A stretch of DNA of 64,000 bases, taken from NCBI GenBank assembly GCA_013265495.1, contig MU058844.1, positions 6,757,260 to 6,821,259 of the forward strand, written 5' to 3'. The translations under genes were made by a program, and so were the position numbers. The notes beneath the pieces were generated by a model, which worked only from the letters and a program-made list of their open reading frames with translations, was not told the DNA's origin and searched no databases. The stretch comes from Vicugna vicugna. Taxonomy: Eukaryota. The number at the start of each line of letters is the position of its first letter. Position 1 is the stretch's first letter. Shown here in pieces: positions 26,490 to 39,861 of this stretch.

Positions 26490-26625
26490 GGGGATATAGA
26501 TCATGTTGTCCATTTTATATTTCAGATGAGAGAAAGTGAAGCCAAGACAAGTAAAGCATCTTGTACAAGATTTCACGGAACAGATAATTACAAAAGACTG
26601 TCCAGGATTTCAGTTCAATACCAGG
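26490..26625 (-). mobile_element. MIR SINE fragment
   Basis: TTTCAGATGAGAGAAAGTGAAGCCAAGACAAGTAAAGCATCTTGTACAAGATTTCAC. Confidence 0.65.
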
Positions 26626-27367
26626 CCCAGTAAAGACTATTGGAAGTTTGTCTAAAATATTTAACAACCACAACAAAAGGCTCACTAAAACTTCTAAAAT
26701 GCTTTCAACAAAATATTCAAATCTGAGACACTTAACTGTATGATAAAATAAGGGTCCTCTGAATTTTGGAGGTCATTATAGACCCATGTTGCCTAGAAAT
26801 TGAAGACACAACATGACCAATTCCCAGAATTGCATCAGGTTTAGCTAATTCCAAGCCACATGGAGTAACTTTTCTTTCAAGGATGGAAACAGTATGATTC
26901 TTCTCATTTTTACTTCTTTTTCCCAATGTGGTGAAAAAATGATAGGAAGTACCAAGCAATAAAGGACAGGCCAAACATCCGATGAAAGACTAGTGAGGGC
27001 AAGTTAGAACCAAGGTGATAGTTGTGAGAATAAAATGAGTTGACACTATGCCTCAAAACTGATTCTTTGGGGGAGATTTATCTAGTTTTCCAGACATGAT
27101 ACTCTGATGAGCATGTCAACAGCTAGATATTTTCTCCACAACATGTGCTTTGATGAACCTAATCTGTTTGGCTTTTTGATGAATCCCAAAATTTATATTG
27201 CAAAATAACCTAGAAATATAATTTCAATCTCAAAGCAAATCAAAAACGAGCAAAAACTCTTGCATTCTCTACCATATACAGAAAGAGAGATGAAAAGAGT
27301 TTATGGGACCAGATGCCCAGACCAAGTTAATCTTTTATTGGAAAACAAAAGAATAAATTCACCTAGA

Positions 27368-27561
27368 GAGTGTTGCTGGAAATGTGGTCCCTGGTACGGG
27401 CAGCACTGTTAGCACTATCACATTGTTTAAAACAAACAAAACAATCTCTTTTCTCAGCCCAGATCTACTAAATTAGAATCTCTGGAGTGGCACCCAGAAA
27501 CCTGTGTTTTAGAAACCTTTCCATGGGATTTTTATGCATGATTGAGGGTTCAGGAGCACTG
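27368..27561 (+). mobile_element. MER5A-like hAT-Charlie MITE
   Basis: AAATGTGGTCCCTGG...CCCAGATCTACTAAATTAGAATCTCTGGAGTGGCACCCAGAAACCTGTGTTTT...GAGCACTG. Confidence 0.8.
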
Positions 27562-28628
27562 ATGCAGAGCACTTGACACTTTCTGTTCTTTGTAGGACCA
27601 TATGTATCAGGGCCAGAAGATGAAAACAGGTGTTAAATCAAGAATCCTATTGCTAGAAATGGTAATTTTGTGAAATGAAAAGATAAAACTGCTCCTTGGG
27701 ATGTATTTCTGATGCCAACACATATGGAAATACAACCTAATGTAATTTAAGATTTTTTTAAAAAAGGAGGTAAATTGCAGCATTAATTCATCAGGGAGGG
27801 AATCTGAAGAGTATTAGTGTATATTGTATTTAAATAAAGTTCCTTTCGCTTGTTTTAATAAAAAAAATTCCCTAATTACAGAACAATAACAAATAAGGTC
27901 AAAATTAATTATTTTGTTGTCATTTTTCACATTTCAAAACATTAATTTATGTTAAAACAATAACTTATTTTGATTTCAAAATATGACATCACTTCTGCCA
28001 TCTGTTTGAGCTGTAGCATCACACCTAACAATTTAGTTTGAATGCGATTCTTTAATTTAAACACGGCCCCTACTGCCCCTTTCTTTGTCTCTGTAATAGG
28101 ATTATAATGTACTTGCATTAGGTGAAATAATTTGGAAATGCTTCAAATATACTACCATCTGCTGTGTTATTTAAATTCTGGAGAAAAAAACACATTATAT
28201 CAGTAGAAGAATATTTCACTTCCAGAATTTAAACAGTGGCTACAACTATCTTTTAAATGCTTGATTAGAATTAAACCTGAATGCATACCTGAAGCTATTA
28301 CCTATTTGGTAGATAAGAGTCAAATGCTGTTTTCATTTATTGGAAAAGTTCCAATATGAGTAATGCTATCTGCATGCCCCATGTTCATGCTGAGGGAGGA
28401 TGAATGCAGGGTGGATAGAGCTTCTCTATGTTCTGCACAGGGACCGTTGTTTTACCTTTGATGTAGATCTACAGCAGCACAGCTACAGGGTGAAAGAATT
28501 GTCCAGTTGTCTCTATCCTTACAAAGTGATGGCTTTCTGGAAAGATGGTTAGGATCAAGATGAGGTTGATAGAGCCTTGTCTTTTCTTGTTATCACTATG
28601 GCAAGATGCTGCCCAATTACAAGTTGAC

Positions 28629-29146
28629 TATATTATGTCAATTCCCCCAGAAGTAGAAATAGACAATATTTTGTATACAAGCAGTTTATTTAAAAGAGTA
28701 CTTTCATATAAATAACCCAGAAAAAGAGTGAAGAAGCAGGACAGAGAAGAGGAAGAGGTTGAGAAGTGCAATTTTAGGGAGAGACACCCTGGGTCTGATC
28801 CTATGGAGAATCTCTGGAGTGTTAAAGATGTCTCAGAGTTTGTAGTGTCTTACAGCACAGGATTTGGATTTTCACAATTCTACACTAGTCGATAAGCTAG
28901 TATCGTACCACAATTGGTAAAGGTACCATAATTGGATGGCATGGAGTGCTTGGTGAAACTTCCAAGCATTTTCAGTTGCTTGCACTTGAGGGCAGACAAA
29001 GTTCCCCAGTAGATAAGATAAATCCTACAGAGAGAGTTGCACATATACGTCCTTAGAAGCAATGGACAGAAGCTCGGGAAGGGGCTCACAGAACGAGTTA
29101 AAGGGAGTCAGGGGATCTGGGCAAGGCACTCATAGTGTCTGCTACA
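28629..29146 (-). mobile_element. ERVL LTR33/LTR16-like solo LTR
   Basis: Ends GGGGATCTGGGCAAGGCACTCATAGTGTCTGCTACA (TGTAGCAGACAC...GCCCAGATCCCC on the minus strand). TTCCCCCAGAAGTAGA...CAAGCAGTTTATTT lies at the other end. Confidence 0.75.
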
Positions 29147-29809
29147 GTGGCTTTTTACCTGCATTCCAAAATATTGTGGCTATTACTTAAATTAACATAG
29201 TGTTAAATATAATAGGGCATGTATGTTATTAATACATACTGACCAGTTTAAATAAGACTACCAATTTCTTACAGACATGCTAAAACACAAAAGTATTTCA
29301 TTCGAAATTTTAATTAAATAGCTGTAAGAGTTAGATGTTACTATTTAGCTTTTATGTTTTTGATAATAAATTCATTCATGCATTAATTTGAATTTGACAC
29401 CCTATGAGGGAAATATTTATACTGATTTGGCTTATCAAAATTCTACAGTTGGAAGGTTGCTTATGCAAGTTTAAATGCTAAAACTTTTGAAAAATGTGTT
29501 CTAATAAATGCTATTTAAAATTTAAAAGCTCTGTAATAGCTGAGGTTATGAGAGAGTAATCAAAAGCTTTCAGAATGGAATAGAGCCAACAAAGTAAAAG
29601 CTATTGGGAACCAGCGTGCTCCTTTGTAATCATCAAATAATTTAGTAATTTAGAAATACACTTTGTACTTAAATGAAACACCACACAGACACACATACAC
29701 ACAAAGAGTGACAAGTTAACCTAAGGCTATAAGTTTAACCTTAAAATTTTATTTCATATTAATTAGCAAACTGAAAAAATTATACATAAATATCAAATTC
29801 CATATATAT

Positions 29810-30230
29810 CATTGTAATATTGATATAGTAAATCAACAGAGGAAGTATTAATTAAATAATGAAACTTGTTTTAGATTATGTATTAAACTGAATGTTATAT
29901 GTATTACTATTTTATATATAACATAATTTACAACATACAATATAAATAATATATATTACTTATATATTATGTGTTTATATATTTTATTCATTATGTATTT
30001 TTATATTATTGATATAACATGTCAATGGAGGAAGTATTAGTTCAATTTTAAAACTTTACTTCAGGGTAGCTATCAAATTTAATATGCTATATGTTATATA
30101 TACCATATATATTATTATCATATAAGCTATATAATATTTAACATATTGCACATGTATTTATATAATACTTATATAGCTTATAGTATTCATTTATTATATA
30201 TATTTATATATGTATGTCTCAGTGGAGAAT
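29810..30230. repeat. AT-rich low-complexity region with a degenerate ~189-bp tandem duplication
   Basis: TATTGATATA...TCAA..GAGGAAGTATTA recurs, with GAGGAAGTATTA at 29839 and 30028. Confidence 0.65.
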
Positions 30231-30689
30231 ATCTTGATTATATAAGATGCTTATCCATTTATTTGTCAGGTTATCAGATATGGAGTAACACTTACATTAA
30301 CAGGTAAGAATTCTTGAAAGGGATTATATAATTTAGTGTTATCAACTTAGAGATTGTATCTTGAGACATTGAGAATTCAGACTTCCTGATATTACTCAAC
30401 TAACAGAATCAGACTACAATACAAATCTTGTAATATCTAGATTTTTCAATTAAGGTGTACTTACAACAAAGCTTGCCTTTTAAATCTCTTTCCATATAAA
30501 TAGAATTTTAGAAACATTTGTTTCCTTCATTTTCAGTTTTGAAACAAGAGGCTCAATTCTTAAGTTTGTACCATCACCCAAAGAACTCCACTGGAAGGAT
30601 TTATTAATTAAGTGTTTTTAAAATATTTTTTAATGTACGTTTCTAAGAAAGAAATTAATTCAAATGTATAATAAAATAAAGCTATTTCC

Positions 30690-30800
30690 TTAACAATACA
30701 ACTTGGTGATGTTTCCATATCAGGACATATAAAACTGATTTATTTTAAAAAATCACTTCATGGTATTAAATTGTATGAGTGTACCAAAACTTATTTACTT
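30690..30800 (-). mobile_element. L1ME fragment
   Basis: TTTCCATATCAGGACATATAAAACTG...ATGGTATTAAATTGTATGAGTGTACCAAAACTTATTTA. Confidence 0.55.
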
Positions 30801-32559
30801 TGTTACTAGACAGATTAAAAACAAATAGACAAAGAAACAAATAGTATTGATATAACAGACTTCTACTTTTGAATCGAGCTGAGTAATTCTTTAAGTGCTC
30901 GTAAAGATAATAACTGGAGAAAGCTAATTTATAAAACTATCTGTTAAAGACATCAGAGCACGCTGCAGAAAAGATGGGGCTAAAATGGTTAGGATTCCAG
31001 AGAGGGGAGACTCAAAAAGAGATAAGCTGATGATAGTAGTTGCTTTTCCCCTGATATTATTAGCAATTTATGGATACAAGCAAGTATCTGAGAGTTCAAG
31101 TATGTTCCACACAGATGACATGATGGGGAACAGATGACCTCTGAGAAGGTATTCATCAATGCTAGTATCTATTTTAAAAAGTAGGAATAGAATCAATGCT
31201 CGACCAGTCTCAATCTAGCAATAAGTTAAGTCCTCCAAGGATACATGAAATAACTATTAAGGAAATCCTTCTTCCATCACATTGAAAGGTAATTTTTAAA
31301 ATTATTCATCAAAATGTGTTGTATTTGTAGTGTTTTAATCCATAGTGTATCTATAATATCTGTAAAAATAATCCAGAAGAAAGTTTGAGCATTGTTAGCT
31401 CATTGAAGAATATCAAATGTTGATTTATAATTTTGTGTCAGAGAAGTACTTTGGGTGATCAAAATATTTCAAGCATCAAAAGCTATTTTAGGATAATATT
31501 CTATCAGAGACATGAACTGAAAATATGAGTTCAAGAGAAAATAACAATGTAAAATTTAAGGATGTTAAAAATGAATTTTTCAAGCATTTTTAATGTGGTC
31601 ATAGAAATAAAATATCTATGGTCTTTAGGAACTATTTAAGTTTTAAAGATATTGCAACCAATTTATTTCAAAAAGTCAATATTTACCATATGCAGATATC
31701 ACTTCCTTTGCTAGTGTTTAGATTTAAGAACTATCTTAAAGCTAATAATCTGTGAAGAAATACAGTTTAACAAATTCCATTAAGTACTTGACTAAAAAAA
31801 GTTGAAAACTTTCTCTAATAAATTTGTATTATTCATCTAAATAGAATAGACTAAATTCTTAACATTTCCTCAGAATTTAGTATTTATTTGACTTAATTGG
31901 ATTTCATGAGAAATGTGTAACCTGGAGGTTTGCAAATCTCATTTAAATTACTGTTTGGGTTTGTATTTTTAATGACGGTTTTGTTACGGATAAAACCTTT
32001 TGCTTTTTAGACCTAAATTTGAATCCATGTAACAATATGTTAATAGAAGACTATTCTCTGTTCTCAAACACAGGATTGTGCTTAGCTGCATGGCTATTTG
32101 CAAGAATCCTGATTCTACTCAGACTAAAGAAGCCACAAAGGAGAAGCTGTATCTTATTGACAATCTTGTTCAATTCTGTGGATTTTACTTATTGGTAAAA
32201 ATAAAAGACTTTTGCTTTAGAGTTCCTAGATCACTTTTTTAATATGGGATGCACTAGAATCATTATAGGGATTAGAGGCTGCCTTAGGCGGTTCCAGGCA
32301 CTTAGTGCTGGTAAAGTAAGTGTCCAATAAATGATGGGAATCATTATTAAGATTTAATTTGGAGAACTAAGGGTTAACTTGTCCAAGGCTAATCCCTTAG
32401 AGGCTAGCCTCCCAGAAAAGAGTTGAGCTCCCTTCCAAGCTCCACAGAAACCAGCAGTGGTGTGGTGCTAGGGCAATCAATTTTGGATGACTATGGGACT
32501 TTCAGGCCAGCAGTCCCATTTAATCCATCACTCAAGGTCAGACTGTTTCTTTCCAAGTT

Positions 32560-32780
32560 AGATTTGCAGATACTAACTATTATATATAAAATAGATAAAC
32601 AAGTTTCTACTGTATACCACAGGGAACTATATTCAATATCTAGTAGTAACCTATAATGAAAAAGTATACTAAAACAAATTTATGTATGTATAGTATGACT
32701 GAAACAGGCTGTACACCAGAAATTGACACAACATTATAAATGGAATATACTTCAATAAAAAAATAAAAACAAGAAAAGAA
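32560..32780 (+). mobile_element. Short camelid-type L1 3' UTR end
   Basis: Similar to about 19806-20010 (AGATTTGCAGATACTAACTA...GCTGTACACCAGAAATTGACACA), followed by an A-rich tail. Confidence 0.9.
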
Positions 32781-33467
32781 ATCACACAGACCAAATCTGA
32801 GATACCTATCTCTCCCAGAATCTAACTCCTGGATCTGCTGGATCTAACTCCTGGGTCACTGTGTTTAATGAACACTTGCTTTTGCTCTTGTCTCTGAACT
32901 TTCTCCAACAAATGCTGTTCCATTAGGTCTGGTGTGTGTGCACTTCCTGGCCACATGTCTGTTCACTCAACACCTGTACTCAGTTCATGTGCTATAAGTG
33001 CATATGCGTGAGTGAAAAAGAAGAAAATAGACAAAAATATCTAATAGCCACACTACAATGCTGATGCTACCAAATTATAATTCTTAATGTCTCAGTCTCA
33101 AAAAATGCATTTGTGTAAGTCACTTCCTAGTGTAATGTCATTTATTGAGAGGATTTCATAAGGTACTACTTATAAAGTACTTACAAGAGTGCTCAGTGTA
33201 CATTCATTCACTTATTGATGTATTTATTCATTACTAACCAACATTAATGGAGTATCTATAATGAATCACGAAATATTTCAAGCATTTAGTAGTAACACTA
33301 GTCTATTCTCAATAAGTATTAGTCATTATATCAACAGCAGAGTTTTAACTATTACTGAGATTAATTTATTATATTTAAGATATACCTACATTAAAATTAG
33401 GCATGGTGTTATTTGTAGCTTATTTAAATCTACCTCAGTGTGAATAGTGTGTATATCTGTGCTAGTT

Positions 33468-33838
33468 AGTTTTTTAATTGAAGTACAGTTGCTGTATAAT
33501 ATTTTACAAGTTATAGGTGTACAATACAATGCTTCACAGTTTTTAAAGGCTAAACCCCATTTATAGTTGTTATATTGTGTATATTCCCTGTATTGTACAA
33601 TGTATCCTTGTAGCTTACTTTAGACCTAATGGTTAGTGCCTCTTTATCTCCTACCCCTGTATCATCCTCCCCTCTTCCCTCTCCCCACTGGTAACCAGCA
33701 GTGTGTTCTCTATATCTGTGAGTCTGTTTCTTTTTTTTTTTTATCATTATATTCACTGGTTTGTTGTATTTTTTAGATTCCACATGTAAGTGATATATCA
33801 TCAGCATTTCTCCTTCTCTGTCTGGCATATTTCACTTA
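33468..33838 (-). mobile_element. 5'-truncated cetartiodactyl-type L1 3' UTR
   Basis: TTTTTAATTGAAGTACAGTTG...CCCTCTCCCCACTGGTAACCA...TTTTAGATTCCACATGTAAGTGATAT; 10-bp TSD TGTGCTAGTT at 33458-33467 and 33839-33848. Confidence 0.9.
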
Positions 33839-34689
33839 TGTGCTAGTTTATTTTGATCTTTATTATACTACATGGACAATTGTCTACTATTAAAGTGCCC
33901 TGATTTGTAATGAACATATCAGAGGTCATTTCTACTTATTTGAAAGATCGACTCAGGAGCTCATACTCTAGAAGTCTAATGCAAGCTTGTGGATTTATCT
34001 AGTTTTATATATCCTCAACAACAGAGGCTGGTTTATTACAAGCCTAATAAATGTTACAAATAGTTTTAATGAAATAAGTGGTATTTAAATGCTGGGATTG
34101 GTGAGGAATACCAATCTTTTTTGAAGTATGTGTAAGAATCTAAAACTAAAAAGCTAAGTAGACTATACCCTTTCAAATGGTGTTCTTGGTTTAGGATTCC
34201 ACCCTGATTTATGATTTGTCCGAAGATCAGAGTTGCCTCACCCAAACCAGAGACTTAGCTAAACGTTTAGCTAAATTCTGCCCCAAGACTATTGTTACAT
34301 CTGCCTTATGCTGTTTGGACACTTAAAAGAGACCTAGAGGTTCATCAATCTTATATAACAGAGGTGTGTCTGGTTTTATGTATATTTGTAGTTGTGATGA
34401 ATTCAATGGGAAACTTGTTATCACTATAACATACTACCGGACATGTGAGGTTATGTCACCTATTTCTCTCCATTACAGACTTATTTAGCAAACTAAATAT
34501 ACCAATTTTGAGAAACAAATTAGCTTATGATAAATCTACCATGTATATTAATACACATATAGAAATGAATTATGGTTTTCACATAGTGCTATGCACATTG
34601 ACAGGCGCTTCCAAAATGCTTGAAGAAGTGTAGTGTGTTTAGTTTGTACAATTATGGTCACACTATGAGCTTCCCTTACCCCACCACTA

Positions 34690-35441
34690 AGCTTCATTGA
34701 GGTATAATTAACAATTAAAAGTTGTATATATTTAAGAAGTACAATTTGATAATTTGATATATGGATACATTGTGAAATATTCACCACAGTCAAGCTAATT
34801 AATATACCCATCATTTCACAAAGTTACCATTTTTTCTTTCTTTTTTTTTTTGTGGTGAGACTTAAGATCATCGTCTTAGCAAATTTTCTGTACACAATAC
34901 AATATTCTTAACTATAGTCACATTGCTATATATTAGATTTCCAGAACATCCATCTTGTATAACTGAAACTTTCTATCCCTTGAACAACATCTCCCCATTT
35001 CCCTCTTCTACCAGCCCCTGGTAATCACCATCCTTCTCTTTGTTTCTAAGAGTTTGACTATTTTAGATTTCACACATAAGCAAATTCATACAGTATTTGT
35101 CCTTCTGCATCTGGCTTATTTCACTTAGCATAATGTCCTCCAGATTCATCCATGCTGTTGCAAATGGCAGGACTTCTTTTCTAAGGCTGAATAATATTTC
35201 ATTATGTGGGATAATATTCACATTTTCTCATCCATTTACTTATCCACGGACATTTAGGTTGTTTCTCAATCTTGGGTATTATAAACAATGAGTGCACGAT
35301 GTAAACATGGGAATGCAAATATTTCTTTGAGATCCAGATTGTTTCCTTTGACTTTAACCTATACCTATAAGTCGGATTGCTAGATCATAGTTTTCTTTTT
35401 AATTTTTTTGAGGAAAGTCCATACTGCTTCGATAATGACTG
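34690..35441 (-). mobile_element. L1MA8/9-like 3' end
   Basis: ATTGAGGTATAATTAACAATTAAAAGTTGTATATATTTAAG...CACAGTCAAGCTAATTAATATACCCATCA...TTCATCCATGCTGTTGCAAATGGCAGGA. Candidate TSD CACTATGAG at 34661-34669 and 35442-35450. Confidence 0.9.
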
Positions 35442-35949
35442 CACTATGAGTTTTTTTACTTGTTCTTTACAGCAAGAATAGGGGTCCAGTCAGCAATTCC
35501 CTATTCTGATATTATAATAAACTGCATCTTCATCTACAAAACATTATTCTTTAAAAAATAAATGTAAATGTGCTTTTAACTTTTATCTTATTTTCTCATT
35601 TTAAAATCAGCATATGAGTACTTTAGAAAACTGAGAATATACAGCTAAATGCAAAGAAACATCTATAATTATCACAAATTCTACAACTAAAGTTCATTGA
35701 TTTTGAAAATTATTCTTGCCTACTAAGCACATTAACTATTCTTCAGTCTTTTTCCATAGATATTTTTTCTTTCCTTACATCGTTTAATACCTGCAATTTC
35801 ACAATTAAAAAATGTTAATTCTATTGTCTATAATGTTGATGGCAGAAAAATAGTGTAAAATATTCTTTACTTGGATTCCAAAATGATTAGATGTATGGCA
35901 GTTGTGGCTTAGAAAGTTAAAGGGTGCACTAAAATTGATCTAACTACAG

Positions 35950-36400
35950 AAATTCAACAAAAATTTCTTACGTGTGTGCCAGGCACTGTCTTAGGTGCTG
36001 GGAAGGTGACATACTCATTATAGCATGGCCCGAATTTTGAAACACCTCAAATCCTAATGAAAGGGAAGGTAAACACATAAGCACCAAAATGTTACTCTGA
36101 AAACCCTGTTATAATAGACACAATAAAATGTATGGCTGAGACACAAATGAAAGGAGTGAATTTGGAAGACATGAATTAATTCATCAGGCAAATGGCACAG
36201 TTGTAGGGAATTCCAGTTCAATTTTGTAGCAAATGTGAAGACATGGATGCATGAAAGGGCATGTAGAGAAACTTACGCAGGTTTGCACGGCTCTTGTGTG
36301 AGTGTGAAGTATGGTTTGCCAAGACTGGATGTTTTAGGGAAGGTAGGAAACCTGAATAAGTGAAGACAACTGGATGAAGATTATAGCAAGTGGCGGAGGA
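35950..36400 (-). mobile_element. L2 fragment
   Basis: ATTCAACAAAAATTTC...TGTGCCAGGCACTGTCTTAGGTGCTGGG. Confidence 0.7.
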
Positions 36401-36575
36401 TGTGGCAAACTGGAAAGCATCTGAATCATCCAAAAAGGGCAGACAATCAACTAAAATAAATGTGCCTGCCAGATGTGTCCTCTAGGCTTCAAACTTCTTC
36501 TTACGTGAAAGAGGAAGAAAGGGTGGTAAGAAGATTCACTTGCGATATTTTTCAATTTGTACTTTATCCTTTGGT

Positions 36576-36798
36576 CAGAGTTTCCCAACCTCAGGCCAAC
36601 TGACTTTTTGGTCCTGATAATTCTTTGTTGTTGAAGGCTTTCTTGTGCATTATAAAGTGGTTAGCTGTCTTCTTGGCCTCTACCCACTAGATGTGAGTAA
36701 TGCTCCCCGCTTCTCCAGTTATGGCAACCCAAGATATCCTCACACATTGCCAAATGTTCCCTGGGAGGGAGAAAATGCTCCCCAGCTAAGAACTACTA
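36576..36798 (+). mobile_element. MER20 hAT-Charlie MITE, near full length
   Basis: CAGAGTTTCCCAACCTCAGG...GATAATTCTTTGTTG...GGCCTCTACCCACTAGATG...CATTGCCAAATGTTCCCTGGG...AGAACTACTA. Confidence 0.9.
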
Positions 36799-37364
36799 GG
36801 TCTGATAACCATGAAAGAGTTCCATGTAATGAGTTATATGATGAAACTTAGGCTTAAAGAAGAAAGTCTGGTGCAGGATAAGTAGTATATGAAAAGTGAA
36901 GGGGACAGAGAGAAATTAGAGGCTGATGGTGCAGCTTAGAAGCTATTGCAATAGCTTTCTTCATTCCTACAAGTAAGTATACTTTGATAATCAAAATAAT
37001 AATGTAACCAAAGTAAATGTTTGACTCTCTCTAAAAGGCCAACCCACAGACTTCTTGACTATTGCCTCATATTTTGAATACAAATATCATTGCTAAATAC
37101 ATAATATTATTAATGATATAATGCTTAACAAGCAGCTCTTGCTTTATCCAATTTTTTTGTACATTGTCTATGGCTTATGTTTTTGTTTAGACACAACATC
37201 CTAAATGTGGTACTTCTTGTTCTCCATGAGTAATTGTAAAAACAAAGGTTCAATTATGTTGGAAATAGAACACTGACATGCATAGAAGTGTATCACAGTC
37301 AGAATTGTAAAAGTCATAATGAAAACATATGTTATTTATATCTTGCAGCATTTATTTCTTTACA

Positions 37365-37555
37365 ATTGTTTATTTAAGAAATATATGGGATCGACTATGT
37401 GCCAGGCACAGTGTTAGGTTCTGAGGATGCAGTAATGAGCAGTAGTGATATTCCTGACCTTGTGAGCTTGGAATACAGGGGAAGGATCAAATATAATCAA
37501 ATAATCATACAACAAAAGTGAAACTGTCACTTCAGAAAGTACTATAAAAGAAGTA
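37365..37555 (-). mobile_element. L2 3' end
   Basis: ACTATGTGCCAGGCACAGTGTTAGGTTCTGAGGATGCAGTAATGAGCA. Confidence 0.8.
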
Positions 37556-38029
37556 GGAATGAATCTTTTAGAATAATTATAATGATCATATTAACTTATA
37601 GAGCTACAAGCACATTTCAGTGTAACTGTCCAGAGTGACATCTTTAGAGCCATAGTTGTGGCACAAGGCTATACTCATGGTTTGTGTAAAAAATGCATTT
37701 AGACTACATCTGAACTGTTGTATTACCATTAACTTTTATTTATTATTCTAAATATTCTTATAAAAACAAGTCTGATATACATTCAACTTCATGAAATGAG
37801 TCATTCTATGTAATAAAACCCACAAAACATTGGGAATTAATTAGCTAAACAGCTACAGACAGTGTGGAAATTTAATGCTGTTATATGAAAAGAATTTTAC
37901 ATCAAACAAGACTGAATCAGATCTTCTTGGTAACTAATACCAACAGCCATGATGCAAAGTTCCGTATCTAACCAATCATTCATTCCCCAGCACACGGCAG
38001 TTAATCACTAAATGGATAAATAAATAAAA

Positions 38030-38489
38030 AACACCTACTAAGTACAAGGTATTGTGAAAAGCATAACTTTGCTTTCAAGAAGCTCAAAAAACAATAGGAA
38101 GATAAAGACAATTATACTCATGCTAAAATATACAATACTGCAAGTATGTAAGAACGATTTAAAGAACTTCCTAGGGATCTCAAGGACAGAAAAAGATGAG
38201 TTCCTCTGGAAGGCAGCAGATATACCCAAGAAGAGGTTTTGAAGAGGAGTCAGAGTTTGAATGGATCTTGCAGCATGAAAGCATTCAAAAGGCAGAATTG
38301 TGAGGAAAGGACCTGACCAGCTTGGGTAAAAATACAAAGGCAGGGAGATGACGTGTTTAAGCAACACTGACCTTTGGTGACCTACAAAGTGATATGATCA
38401 GTCTCTAGGAGAGCTATCTGGTAGTGGCCTTACAAATGGACAGCAATTGAACAATCACAATTCTAGGAAGTGGGGCAAAGTGTTCAGAA
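38030..38489 (-). mobile_element. L2 fragment, degraded
   Basis: ACACCTACTAAGTACAAGG...TTGCTTTCAAGAAGCTCA...GTGATATGATCAG. Confidence 0.5.
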
Positions 38490-38497
38490 GTCTGTGG

Positions 38498-39861
38498 CAT
38501 TGATTCTCTAAATTTTGATCTCAAGACCCCTTTTAATCTTAAAAGCACAAGAGTGTAAAGGGGTTTATACCTGAAGACAACAAAAAACTCTTATTTTTAT
38601 AATTTTTCAAGATTAGACATTGAGATGGAGAAATTTTTAAATGCTTATTAATTCATTTAAGAATAACTATAATAAACTCTAATGTTAATATAAATAAAAT
38701 GACTATGTTTTACAAAACAAAAATAGTGAGAATACTGGCATTATTTTACATTTTTGGAAATCTAATGATAACTTAGTTGAAGACCCCTTGAATTCTGTAT
38801 TCTGCTTCTGCATTCAACCCATTGCTCTATGATGCTTTGATTGAAGTATATGAAGAAACTTCATACCCTTATGCAGCTAGAAAAGGGAGACCTATTTTAA
38901 AATTCTTTTCAGATAATTGTGGACATTTTCCTTTGACACTAAATCAGAATTGACAAGTGGTAGTTTCTTAAATGCTAATAGCAATGTGGAATCTGAGACT
39001 ATATCAATGAATGTTTTACATTAAAATCCATTGGCCTCTCTTCTATTTTAAACAAATCTTTTACCTATACATTATTTGGCAACCCCTTGAGTCTATTAGA
39101 CAATATTCATTAACTGAGTTATACAGATATTGCAAATTCTGACACATTTTATTATATAATATTAAATATCAAACTCGCTAATGTCATCACCATTATCCTC
39201 AGGAAAAGTCTCTATGTGTTGGAAACTGTCAAGCTTTTGGTGGTAGATGTAATTTTTTGTAAAATTATCACTTTTGCTTGAAAGCTCAAATTTTTTCTTT
39301 GGCAGGGTAGACTATAACCCCTTTTCCTAGAAGTGACATGCTGACTGTTCATTTGTGAGAAAATATCTGCCAAATACCCGAGCCTGAATAACCATAGTTT
39401 GTCTGCTGTTCCTTCAAGTACAAATGTTGTTCCATTAAAAAAGCGGCTGGTTCAGCTCACCACTCAGACTCTCATAAAAGTGCTTCTCCTGGAGACAATC
39501 ATTGTAACTTCTTTATCACACAGCATTTGGCAGAATATTAAAAAGATGCATACTCAAGAATTAATATCTAATACAAATTAGTATTTTTTTTTACTGCTTC
39601 ATCAAGGGCATTCTTGAGTGAAACTATTTCTTTAAACTGTGAGTGCATGGTGAGTAGCAAAGACTAGAACGACTTAGTACAGTTTGGTGTCACTGCCTTG
39701 TTTCATGCCCAGGTACCAGCAATTTTACCCACCATCAACATGTAAAAAAAGTGAAAAAGGCAAAGACAAAAAATGTCCTTTAAAAATAATTTTGACCTTG
39801 ATAACCTCCTGAAAGTGTTTTAGTGACCCTCCAAGGCCACAGACTACACTATGAGTTCCTA
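38498..39861 (-). mobile_element. Charlie1 (Charlie1a-like) hAT DNA transposon with transposase remnant
   Basis: Degenerate TIR ends and an imperfect 8-bp TSD (GTCTGTGG 38490-38497 / GTCTATGA 39862-39869). Minus-strand 39406-39347 translates to ADKLWLFRLGYLADIFSQMN, a Charlie/Buster transposase motif. Confidence 0.9.
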
